This document shows, piece by piece, positions 11,536 to 22,599 of a stretch of 40,187 bases of DNA (positions within the stretch are counted from its first letter, which is position 1; every line of letters begins with the position of its first letter). Location: contig NC_068996.1 in NCBI RefSeq assembly GCF_001194135.2, forward strand, positions 53,647,431 to 53,687,617, read 5' to 3'. Below the pieces are notes generated by a model. The model was not told the DNA's origin, did not search any database, and was given only the letters and a program-made list of their open reading frames with translations. Origin of the DNA: Octopus bimaculoides (lineage: Eukaryota). A program made the translations under genes and the position numbers.

Positions 11536-12157
11536 CTAACAAAGAGATGAACATAGTTTGGGAGCTTATAATCATAAAAAGAAAGACCGTCAAAAAGTTT
11601 AGAATTAACGCTTCTAATTTTCACTCCTAATTATCCCTAATGGATTATGAGATAATGAATATATGCATTAATAAAATGTTAAGTGTAGTGGTTTAGTTAG
11701 TTGACATGGATTCAATCCCTGGGTCAGTCAAACGATCTCTTAAGATTTAATTGAAGCGAGAACAGCAAAAGACATAACAAATAGGAGATTAACTAACAAG
11801 AGATTATCCCTGCTAAGGACATTGGAATGAGAACGAACTGAATCCGTGGATTTAATAAAAGGTTCGGTTCGAAATCCTGAAAGCTTATCGAATACGACAG
11901 GCATATGTAGAAGGCGAAATATCATAACAACTGAAAGGCTGCAACTATAGCAATCAAGATTCGGATACAGGCTTGCTTATATTGGGGGATAAAATCTCGA
12001 AAAACTTTCCTGAACGACAAAGAAACCATACTTTAGGGTATCTTTTATTTTTATCTTTTACTTTTTTTAGCCGGATACTTAATTTATCGATTACTTTGCC
12101 GAACCGCCAAGTTACGGGGCTATGCCAATCTCTCTCTTTTTCTATCGCTTTCTCATT

Positions 12158-12230
12158 CACTCACTCACTCACTCACTCACACTCACTCACTCACTCACTC
12201 ACTCACTCACACTCACTCACACTCACTCAC
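12158..12230. repeat. (TCAC)n microsatellite
   Basis: Direct reading. Confidence 0.93.
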
Positions 12231-12858
12231 TCTTTCTCTATTTCTTTGTCTCTGTCACTTTTCACAGACAAAGCAAGAAAGAGAAATAACAAAATAAGTC
12301 GATCAGATATTATTGCAAAGAGCCACCAGGAGAAGAAGTTACACTTAACTGAAATGTATTTCTAAAAGGAATGGAATAATTGTTCAAATATAAAGATCAG
12401 ACAATAGAGACAACAAAAACGAGAAGCGTGGAAACAATGAATCCTTATAATTATAGATATCCTGGAAATAATTAAATGAACATACGGGACAAACATAATC
12501 AAACCTTTTGGATTTACAAACATATATGGCATATAGGAAATAACATTTCTGAGGACTCCACTAATATTGCATAGAGGAAACTGTACGTACTCTAGGAACG
12601 CCATAGAAATATATCTGATGAAAAAAACTTTTGATATCCGTTATTACTAACTTTGTTGCAATGAGATTCATTTTGTATATTCGGATTAACGATCACTTAA
12701 TGAGGAAAGTTAAATAAACGATATTGGAAATCGATTTCACAGAATAATGTAGTGTTTACAAGATTAGATACTATAAGGTATTTTGTTCAAACTCTATATC
12801 TTATCGACCTTGGGAATGATGGAAGTCAAATGATCCGCAACAAATACCGCCAATTTAC

Positions 12859-12940
12859 CATAAAGGGAGATGACCACAATGAAACTCAGAATACTCCATG
12901 AAATTTGATTTCCTTCAATACGAAAGCAAGTTCCCGTTTC
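12859..12940 (-). CDS. Putative exon 4, ETGTCFRIEGNQISWSILSFIVVISLY(G), hydrophobic segment
   Basis: Acceptor ttttatttacttactgtag, donor G|gtaaat. 82 nt, phase 0 to 1. Confidence 0.38.
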
Positions 12941-13809
12941 CTACAGTAAGTAAATAAAAGAAACTTGAAAGAAAAGAAATTCGTCTGTCACGTTGGTCTG
13001 TCTAGACATTTACTGGAAATCAAAATTTACAGAATTTATCTTTCTCCATTTACACGTCAATTAACGGGGTTAAAAGAAAAAAAAAAGAAAAAGAAAAAAG
13101 AAAGCAATGAAGACATGATTTGAAATTTATAAAAGTGCCTTCAAATTTTTAACCTCGTCCCTCTTTTGTAATATCACAAGGCTGAAACTAATGATCCGCT
13201 TTTTTTTTTTTAAATACTGCTAAACGACGTTTCCCAATGGAGCCATAACTCAGACGTCACAGTAACAATTGTTCATAAATCTGCGAGCAAACAATCATGG
13301 GCTTTGACATGCACTTCTAAAACAGTGTAACAATATAACAGTACAACCTACCGAAGTTCAAAATTATCGCTAACAGAAAGCAAACATTTTTGGTATTTAT
13401 GTTTAAAACTCATTTTGAAAATTCTTCAAAAAATCTGCATCACGTTTGTCATCGATACTGAAAATGATCGTATGGCAAATTTTTCATTCAAGACTTTCAT
13501 AAATCCTTTCTGGTAATGCGAAAGTTGATATTCTACCGACAGTATTATTCAGTCGGTAGGGCGTTGTGAAAATCTGATAACATACCGGTTATCAAGAGTT
13601 CAATCTTGATCTACTCCCTACTTAATATTGCTGAGTATCTGAGACAGAATGGTCTCAAGCCGAGACATCCTATGCTCTGTTATATATTCAGTAGTAGTTT
13701 TTCCTCTATTTCCGCCCAATGGAGGAGTGTCTCTATATTCCTTATTCTCATCATCATTTATTAGTTTTCTTTTCCATCAACTTCTTGTTACAAGCAACAC
13801 TATACGTAT

Positions 13810-13811
13810 GC

Positions 13812-13893
<82 letters not shown>
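13810..13893. repeat. (TAT)n microsatellite
   Basis: Direct reading. Confidence 0.98.
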
Positions 13894-14833
13894 TTTGTTT
13901 TTCTGTCGTTAAGCCTGTCATCTCATCATCATCCTTCTCTAATCTGCCGATTTTTGTGTTTTAAGGATCGGTCGACTTTGGTTTTTCTAACAAGTTTACA
14001 ATCCTCCACCAGAAGTGGATCCGAAAAGAATAAAGACATAATGTTAATTTGTAAAACTGTTAACATCCTTGATTATGATGTTATTGTCGGTTGCTTCAAG
14101 AGAACACTCCTTCGAAAATTTTGTAGGAAGTGAAGGATTACAAGTTGCTGTTTTTGTTTTATTTTTCTTCATTAACTGATTGTTGTTGTAGTCAGTTTTT
14201 GTCTTTGTTTTATATGTGAGTATTGATGGTAGCAATTGGCTCACTTTGAGCTGTTATTCTACGTGAGTTCAGAAATCCCTCAAATGGTCAACGTTTTCTT
14301 TATTGAAATAATTTGACTTTTGTGATACCATACAAAACACTTGACATGGGATACTGCAGTATTAAATTCATCAGTGATTTTATGTTTTAAATAATTTTCA
14401 AATACAATAAAAATTTGAAAATTCCCCTCATTCTCATCAGGCTTCTCTTCAAAATCTTCTAAAATCTCATTACTGTGGCCCGTTCCTTTTTTGCGGAGAC
14501 GACATCGTTTTTAATAGGGATTGGTAAACATTCCTTTATGATACTAAGAAAGGTGGAATATTTTTCCGTCTCACCTTGAAATAAAAACTTTGCTGATGTG
14601 TGATGTAATATTCTTGCGCTGTAGGAAATCAGCTTTCTTATGGTCCTATTTTTTACCTCTTCTAAATTAAGTCAAGTCTTACATTTTTTCCCTCGCAAGT
14701 CTAAAAAAAAGCTCGAAGATTAGAGCTTTCATGGAGGGGTAATTCTTTTTCTTTACTGTTGTTTTTGTTATCGTTGATATTGTGTTTAGCTTTTTGGTGT
14801 TGATGCTCTTGTCGTTGCTTGTTTCAGCATTAC

Positions 14834-14921
14834 CTGCACAATTCGGGTACTTTTCCGGCTGACGAATATACCACGAGGATAGATTTTATTATGAACCAGT
14901 GACACGTCCCGTAGTACAGGT
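14834..14921 (-). CDS. Putative exon 3, (R)PVLRDVSLVHNKIYPRGIFVSRKSTRIVQ
   Basis: Strong donor CAG|gtaatg, weaker acceptor agtttatag. 88 nt, phase 2 to 0. Confidence 0.38.
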
Positions 14922-15233
14922 CTATAAACTATATATTGTCTATAAACTCTTATTTCCAAAAAAATTATTCAGTACATCTTTATCAACGTCCATCGTCTCA
15001 CTTCGTTAATTTCCCGTAGAGTAGGCAGATAAAAGGTCCGTTATCTGCATAATCTTATTTAGAAGTTATGAATATTTGACAGCACTCTGTATGCTAGACG
15101 TTTACGCCTGGTTTAGAATTGTAGCTCTGTCAAAAGATGAGCTTGAACAAACGTCTCTCACGAAACAGACGTGCATAACTATGTATTCTTAGTCACATCA
15201 TCTCGAAATTAAAGACAGTTCAAAATTTCTTAC

Positions 15234-15260
15234 CTTAAAAGATATGGTTTGAATATTTTT
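15234..15260 (-). CDS. Putative 27-nt micro-exon 2, (Q)KIFKPYLL(R)
   Basis: Long polypyrimidine tract ending ccgccag, then AAAAATATTCAAACCATATCTTTTAAG, then donor gtaaga. Confidence 0.5.
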
Positions 15261-15333
15261 CTGGCGGTAAAAGGCAAAGCAAGAGAAACGGCGAGAGAGA
15301 AAAAAAATCAAAACAGACAAAAGAACAAAGAAA

Positions 15334-15334
<1 letters not shown>

Positions 15335-15385
<51 letters not shown>
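15335..15385. repeat. Poly(A) run (~50 nt)
   Basis: Direct reading. It would be poly(U) within putative intron 1 of the minus-strand model. Confidence 0.97.
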
Positions 15386-15387
<2 letters not shown>

Positions 15388-15410
15388 AAAATAGAAACTG
15401 TAAAGCATAC

Positions 15411-15439
15411 TGAAAGATTATCTGCGCGTCATCAGCCAT
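15411..15439 (-). CDS. Putative first coding exon, MADDAQIIF(Q)
   Basis: GCC-ATG-G Kozak context at 15439 and donor CA|gtatgc. A possible acceptor at 15493/15494 implies an upstream non-coding exon. Confidence 0.38.
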
Positions 15440-16124
15440 GGCGTATTAAGTCCTTTGCACTGAGCGCTGAGGGTTCTGGCAGGAGATGAACTTCTAACAA
15501 GAAGCAAAAGACCAAATGTTCCAGTCTGGTCAGATGAGAACAGGGCCAAGGTACGACGAGCAGGTGGTAGTAAAACAATATGACAATTCTAATTAAGGGA
15601 GACCTCTTACAGTTGAAAACATAGATTCGAACAAATTTAAGCCTGTGAGTCTGATTCCACAAAATCCTACTCAAACATTAACATGTAGTCCACACAATAA
15701 AAATAAAGCAACATTGCTGAAGACAATTAGGGATTTGATCATTGACTACTGTTCTGAATTTGATATCATGCAACTGCTTTTTACAAATCAGTCGTTATTT
15801 CTCGACTTTGCTTTTTATCTATTACTAATAATAACATTTCATGACTTCGGAATTATTGGTGAAAGAGACAACTCGCTAATGCAAGTTACACAAGAAAAGG
15901 TAGAAAAAATTGTTTGGTTGTAAAATGCTTGCCGGGAATAATTATATTAAAAGAAACAACCCCTTGCTAGGTTTAGTCGTAAATTGAGCAAAGTGAAGAG
16001 GGTTAGTTGAAAAAAAATGGTTGTATATAAAAAAAGATATTATCTTTTATATTTATTTACTTGTTTCAGTTATTAGACTGCGGCTATACAGGGGCACAAT
16101 CTTGAAGTGTTCAGTCCAACAAAT

Positions 16125-16270
16125 CAGCTGCAGTATTTATGTTTTGTTTTTAAAAAGAAGGCTGGTACTTATTCTGTTGTTCTCGTTTGCTGAACCACTA
16201 AGTTACGGGGCATAAACAAACACCGGTTATCAAGCGGCGGTGGGGCACAAAGTCGACACAAACATAAAAA
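16125..16270 (-). mobile_element. SINE family B, 3' part (split copy)
   Basis: The reverse complement matches the post-microsatellite part of the copy at 37770-37870 (CCCC..AACTTAG.GGTTC...AATAAGTAC). Confidence 0.8.
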
Positions 16271-16341
16271 ACACATACATATATACATACGTACGTACAT
16301 ACGCACACACACATACATATACATACATACATTCATACATA

Positions 16342-17320
16342 CATATACATGCAAAGCAGTCTATCATATACCAACAACCGGATTACTACCTCCCACTTTG
16401 AAGGGTAAGCGTTTGCAATCCAGGAATAGGAAATAACAACCAAATACATGATGTAAAAAAGTAACAGAAATGCAGGAGAAGCAGTAAAATGTGATCATCC
16501 ACATCATGAGCAGTTGTCTGAAAATGTCATCACGGTATTATCTATCGATGAGACATGATGTTATAGCTAGAACACTCTGTAATGAAACCCGCCGGAAGGA
16601 TAAACCCGAGGAGAAAGAAATAACCCACCATATGGTAGAAGCCATAGCCAGTCATAATAAAAAGGAATACTGGTGGAGTGTCCCAGTGAAAGCCTCAATA
16701 AGATGTAAACACAACAGACCTGATATAATGATTCGAGATAGAGAAGAAAAACTGCACAGTTGTGGAAATTAGCTGCCCAGCGGATGTTAACATAAAGCTG
16801 AAGATAAGCGAAAAAGAGAATACCCATGCTGAACTATTGAGAAATTTGCAGTTACTCTATCCAGATTACAAGTTCAGGTTTATATCTGTAATCATTTATA
16901 CCTGTAATTATCTGGAAAATGTAACACGCTACCTAGATACCAATCCTGAGAAATTAGGCTTCTCAAAACCAGAAAGAGAAAGCTCATTCGAAGACTACAG
17001 ATCCAGTCCATCACTGGAATTTAGAAATCTGTAAAACTTTCCAGAAGTTTATCATTTAAGTATATAGGAGCATGTCTAGATACGCAGCTATATGCATGAG
17101 AATACATACATAAAACATACAAACCTGCACATACATATATACATGCATACATACATACCTACCTACATACATACATACATACATACATACATAAGTACAT
17201 ACAAACAAAAATACCCTGTTGTTGATGTTGAAATTCCAATGAAGGATAGATACAATGATGGATACATAAAACTGGTTCTTTCTCTATTGGCAAAAAAACT
17301 TGAAATAAACCTGAATAACG
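16342..17320 (+). mobile_element. 5'-truncated Dong/R4-like non-LTR retrotransposon: zinc-knuckle remnant, restriction-like endonuclease and 3' UTR
   Basis: Reads TSHFEG*AFAIQE*EITTKY, then IHIMSSC..YYLSMRHDVIA, then WWSVPVKASIRCKHNRPDIMIRDREEK, then EISCPADVNIKLKISEKENTHAELLRNL (PD..E..K RLE pattern). (TACA)n flanks both sides. Confidence 0.9.
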
Positions 17321-17450
17321 ACATACATACACACATACATACATACATACATACATACGTACGTACGTACGTACGTACATACATACATACATACATACAT
17401 ACATACATACATACATACATACATACGTACAAACTAACACACACAAATAC
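17321..17450. repeat. (TACA)n/(TACG)n microsatellite
   Basis: Direct reading. (TACA)n also occurs at 16272-16341 and 17095-17200. Confidence 0.95.
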
Positions 17451-17454
17451 ACCA

Positions 17455-17604
17455 CAACATTCAGTTTTCGTCTACCAAATTCACTCACAAGACTTTGGTC
17501 AACCTAGAGCTGCGGTAGAAGATACTTCCCCTTGGTGCCGCCCAGTGAGATTGAAACCAAGACCACATGGTTGGGATGCAAGCTTTTCAATCATACAACC
17601 ACGC
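17455..17604 (-). mobile_element. SINE family B, tRNA head and CORE-like part (split copy)
   Basis: The reverse complement matches 38789-38945 (GCTTGC..AACCA..GGTT..GGCACC..GGG.AAGT.TCTTCTAC..TTGTGAGTG.ATTTGGTAGACG.AAACTGA). Confidence 0.85.
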
Positions 17605-19106
17605 TTGAGTCTTTTGTTTGGAATTTTAGATACTTGTTACGGAAGACATATATTTCCAGAAAAGTCAAAACTAGTGTTAGAGAATATCTAGCAAAAGCAA
17701 AAGTTGACACATTGATAATTATTGTGGACTATTTCAGTCAGACAAACATCTAAGTAAAAAACTGAAAAGTTAAATGAAACGAAACGAAAAACCCTCCAAA
17801 ATTTTGCCTCTAAAATGTGTGAAAATCAGAAGCAGTACAGTATAAAGTTGGGTTACATGTTGGCTATTCGAATAAATAAGTTTAGTATACGATAAAAAAC
17901 GGAAATTTTGAAGGTTATACAAGCGGACAACTCCTAGAAATAAGTTTAAAAGACGATATGAGTGGAAATCCCTTGTTCGGTTAACCTTCCTACTCGTTGT
18001 TCTTATAAATATTTGGTAGTGGTTCACTTTAAAAATGCATCTCTTTCATGTATATCTACAGAGAAAACGGGGAAAAGCGGCGACATATAATGACATGAGT
18101 GAAGTTGATAGAACGGTACTAAAATTTGAAATAACTATTCAACTCAGCGCTAACAGTAAGGTCAAACTTCCGTATGAAATACCAAAATCTTGGAATATTA
18201 TTATAGCGATGGGCAAGAGACAAACTCCAGAAATAACGACTGATTTGTAGCAAGCAGTTGTATGATACTGAATTCAGAATAATTCAGAATATTTAGTACA
18301 CTTAACAGGAAACTGGAAAGAAATATGTGAACCTTATTATGGTAATAAGGATAATAAGACTTTTTCTTACAATGACACAAAGCTACGCCGTTTTAGAAGA
18401 AGAACGCAATTGATTAAATCGATCTTAAGTTACCCTAAAAACGTAACTTGTATTAAAACTAATACGATTATAGTGACTGATAAATCAACAAGTGTTAAAG
18501 ATTATGCCCTCAAATTTAGAAGTTCAAGCACAATTTCACAGAATGCCGACGCGAGAGTAATAAAAAAAGTGATGACAACACCCAAAATTGCTAAGGGTTA
18601 TCATAGTGTGTCAAAGTGGAGAGAGAAAGTAGGGTACAAGTCTCATAAAAACATTTGATCCATGAAAGAAAATACAATGTAACAAGTAAAACACACCCCA
18701 AGAAGTGTAAAGGAAAACTTAAGTAAGAAATACTTAAACAAAATTTATGACCCGAGCAACGAAACCAAAGAGATGCCAATGAAAAGATGGAAGGAACAAT
18801 CATAATCACATGTAATATATACAAATAAAATATGTAGAAATAAAATATTCTTTGACAAAGACAGACATAAAAGTGGGGTTGGAATAATGAGAAAATCATG
18901 CTTAATGTTGAAGAAAGTTACTATTACTGGAGCTTAATAGAAAACAATTAGATTAAGTGCACTAAAAGTGCCAAATGATTATAGATAATTTGGTAAAGAA
19001 TATTTTATAGTAACTATTATTAACTAGAAATAGAAAGCTCTGAATTTCGGAAAGGCTCTAAACTATGAATTCTATAACTCCTAACTTCAAGCTAACAATG
19101 TGTCTT

Positions 19107-19136
<30 letters not shown>
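19107..19136. repeat. (TAC)n microsatellite
   Basis: Direct reading. Confidence 0.93.
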
Positions 19137-19137
<1 letters not shown>

Positions 19138-19794
19138 ATGAATGTATGCGTGAGGGTATGCATGTCTGTGTGTCCCCTCTTTGTCTCTGTTTCTGTATGT
19201 CTGAGAAGCACTTGCCTGGCAAGTGGTTCCATCTGAGACCATGGGTTTTAAACCAAATCAATTATAGCATGAAAGACACATATTTGACACTCGAAAATGC
19301 ACAAGAATTGTCAATTCCTCTCATACATTAATTGGTGTCAAAATTTTCCCCCACATTAACTGCAACCTGGTCAGTGACGCAGTTTCACCGCAACTAGTTC
19401 GAAATGAGAATTAAGATTTTAGGTATATATATTTTTCTCTCTTTCATTTCTATTGGTCAGTCATTTTAGTGGTCATCACTAGCGCATTTATAGGTGGTCA
19501 GTAAATTTGGCTTTCTTCTTTCTCTTAGTGGACACGTTTTTGGTATTTATAGTTTAGCATAACCAGGAATTAATGACTTCAAAGAAGAGATTGTATCAGT
19601 CTTTGATCACAGAATATAGACAACAGAGAGAAGTGTTGACACAAACTATATAAGGGGGTTGGAGTAGTAGAAGTATAAAAAGAACGGTTGCAGCAGCAGC
19701 AATTTTAGTAGTAATAGTTGTAGTAGTAGCAGCAGCAGCAGCTGCAGCAACACATCCTTAACCCCAATTTATTTATTTATTTACTCAAGAAATC

Positions 19795-19854
19795 ATCCTC
19801 ATCATCATTTTCACCATCACCATTATTATTATCATCATCATCATCATTATTATT

Positions 19855-19930
<76 letters not shown>
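19795..19930. repeat. (ATC)n/(ATT)n compound microsatellite
   Basis: Direct reading. Confidence 0.95.
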
Positions 19931-20039
19931 GGTTATTTTTTTTTCTTTCTTCAAATTTTCTTCCATTTCTCACCGAGTGTTTTCCGTACACCTAGGGCAG
20001 AGAAACTCATTGTATGCATTCCCAGTTTACACACGCAAA

Positions 20040-20810
20040 GGATCTTTATGGTTTGACGGCCAACACTTGTTTTCTTAACGAAACACTTGGGATACTGGTA
20101 GAATGTGTCGTATAAAACATCTTTTTCTCTTAGCCATCTTAACAAAAATTACTTCTTAATAAGTTATTTCATGTTAAAGTTGTCGTATTTCTGTAATTTC
20201 AACCAATCACTGACGCCTATTCAGCTGAATACAGTTAGTGCTGTTCGGTGTCAAGTGTGTTATTCCATGTATATATCATTATTCCCTAGTAAGGGTTTAG
20301 GGTTTTAGGGTTAGGGTTAGGGTTAGGGTTGAGGTTATGGTTAGGATTATGGTTATGAGTTATAGGGTTAGGGTTAAGGTTATGGCAAAAATAATCATAA
20401 CCCTAACCGTAATCCTAAAACTAACCCTAACTCTAAAACCCGAACCCTAACCCTAAAACCCTAAAGCTAAAACCAGTACAAACGCACGAACGATGTCATA
20501 AATAACAGTAACAAACGAAATATATGTCACTGATAGTTGTTGTTGACAAACAACGGCACTAATTTTATTCAAGGGAAAAAATCCCGTAACACCGTTGTTT
20601 ACATTCCACGGCGCAATTGTTTTCACCTCAATAGACGTCAGTGATTGGTTGAAATTACCGAAATACGACAATTTTTTACATGAAATAACTTCGAATACAA
20701 AATTTTTTATCTGTTCTATAACACAAAATATACAAGTATTCGAAGTTTGAAAGTGTTTCGGTACCAAAAACACTACATAAAAAAATGCTGGCTGTCAAAC
20801 CATAAAGATC
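20040..20810. mobile_element. Non-autonomous foldback element (Mutator-like) with central inverted telomeric repeats
   Basis: Terminal IR GATCTTTATGGTTTGAC(G/A)GCCA at 20041-20062 and 20789-20810 (21/22). Subterminal IR at ~20161-20220 and ~20631-20690. Flanking direct repeat ACACGCAAA at 20031-20039 and 20811-20819. No ORF. Confidence 0.85.
20290..20470. repeat. Interstitial telomere-like repeats, (TTAGGG)n facing (CCCTAA)n
   Basis: Four perfect TTAGGG at 20305-20328 plus degenerate units, then CCCTAA-like units at ~20395-20470. Confidence 0.9.
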
Positions 20811-21049
20811 ACACGCAAATTCACAGGTAAAATATGTATTAAAAAAAATTAATAAATAAAAAAAAATTCATTATTTAATTTTGTTGTTTTGAAGAAAGTT
20901 ATTGGGTTTTTGTAGTGCAATTTTACTTTTAAGCCAAACAGCATTCTCTGAGGGTTGTTAGTTTAGTGAAATTTTTCCCCCTGCGGGGCGATACTTCTGT
21001 GGCATTTTGTATATTTACACATTAAAAAAGTAAATAAACAGAAAACCAT

Positions 21050-21990
21050 GCCGTCGAATTTTTCGAGAACAATTCGAGGGATGGAGTCCAGAGATTGGCA
21101 GAACTGTTTTGATGCTACCTTCGCATCTTTAAAACAATTCACCACCACATCCACCACCGCCAACAACAACAACAAGGCACATGTAAAGAATAACAGAGAG
21201 AACATGGAGAATGAAAACGCGGAAGTAACAACTAAAATGAGAGCATACGACAGAAAAACAAAAATGACATCCTTTTAACCCACCTGCACATTTCACTTCT
21301 ATCGCTGCCACCACCACCATCGCCCCATTAAGGCCATCAAAAATGCAAAGACACGACGACTTGCAATCCTAGCATCGGTGGATTCGCCGACGCGATCCGC
21401 CATATAGGTTACGAAATTATGTTATCATCGGAAGAATTTTTTTAAAAAGCGTACGGAGTCTGGGCGAAATGTTGCGCTCAACATTCTGGAATCTAGCACA
21501 TCACCAGGGGAAAGAAGTACGGTACAGTGAAATTCCTATAGAGAATGAGGTCAAGAATCACTCCGCAATAATACTAAAGAGAGACGAACTGGTCGTCATA
21601 CCAATCTACTTTGGCTGTAGGGTAGTGAAAATAAAGATATTCGACGTGCTTCAGAAATAAATATCTGCTGGTTGGTAGTAATAGCCTTCTTCGACGTAAG
21701 TCCAGAGATTGCAGATACCGATTTCATTGGGTCAAGAGATGGAGCTATTAATCTGAAAGGATCACCTAAACATGGAATCCATTCCGCATCCAGTCAATCA
21801 ACCAAATGGCACAAAACGATACGTGGCCATTGAAGGCAGAAGGCCGAGGTGTCACCTGTGTGGTGACATAAGCCTTCTCAAGCCTTTCTGCCCACAGTAA
21901 AGTAAGAGAGACGACGAAACCCCCTACTTCTGACGACACCATCACCAAAACAGCAGTCACAGTATGCAGTTGCAACTGCAATATAACCAC
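21050..21990 (+). mobile_element. Decayed LINE ORF1 (gag-like) with CCHC zinc-knuckle remnant
   Basis: LVVIPIYFGCRVVKIKIFDV at ~21590-21650, then KRYVAIEGRRPRCHLCGDISLLKPFCPQ at ~21810-21897 (C-x2-C-x4-[H to L]-x4-C). Boundaries approximate. Confidence 0.65.
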
Positions 21991-22599
21991 CAGAACGTCG
22001 TTCCTTGCTGCAGTTTATGCGTTCTACTGGTCAGGCGCTCCGTTTGTTGTCAACATTCACTGAGTGAAGGACTGGGCATGTCGTGGCTGATGATGTGACG
22101 CCATGCACCGAAGCTGCGACATCCCCAGCGTTTCCTTGACAGTGAGCAGATATGGTCGCCATTTGTCGGACTTGCTTTTCTGCAACTCTTCTCATTGACA
22201 GATCTGCAGTCCTGGATCCAAGGCAGAGGTGCCTAGCACCCAAAGTGTCGTCAGGATCTCACAGTCGAATCCAGTTGGGCAATGTGGTCGGTGGAAATTC
22301 CACCATAGCGTTCAATAATTACTAGTTAAGGTGTTGAGATAAAAATCCATCAGTTTCTCAGGGATCTTCAAAGGAAATAAATCTATTTGTATTCGTCCAG
22401 TTTAGTTGGTACAAATCAATTAGAAAGACCAGTTTCATGGATTACGTTCATGTTGTTGTTTTCGTTGTTTCGCCTTTGTAGTTGTCCGAACGACAAGGTA
22501 CAAACTGCGGGTTCATCTTTCTAGTTATACCATGTCACTATCTAGAGAACTATACTGCACACATACTGATCAACTGTATACAGTGTAACAGTCTGGGTA

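Noticed and set aside
13535-13561. 8-bp hairpin CTACCGAC/GTCGGTAG
   Set aside because: Short, with no associated terminus or family context, and expected by chance in 40 kb.
13974-13997. Peptide DFGFSNKF resembling a kinase DFG segment (SNRK-like)
   Set aside because: Flanking residues (GSV before, TILHQKWIRKE* after) do not match kinase subdomains VII-VIII, and no other kinase motif was found.
7280-17320. RT (7.3-9.0 kb) and RLE (16.3-17.3 kb) fragments as one element
   Set aside because: They are 7 kb apart, and the RLE piece has its own clean junction inside a SINE microsatellite. Independent insertions are simpler.
20290-20470. True telomere-telomere chromosome fusion site
   Set aside because: The arrays are short and degenerate, and they sit inside TIRs with a 9-bp TSD, so they are part of a transposon.
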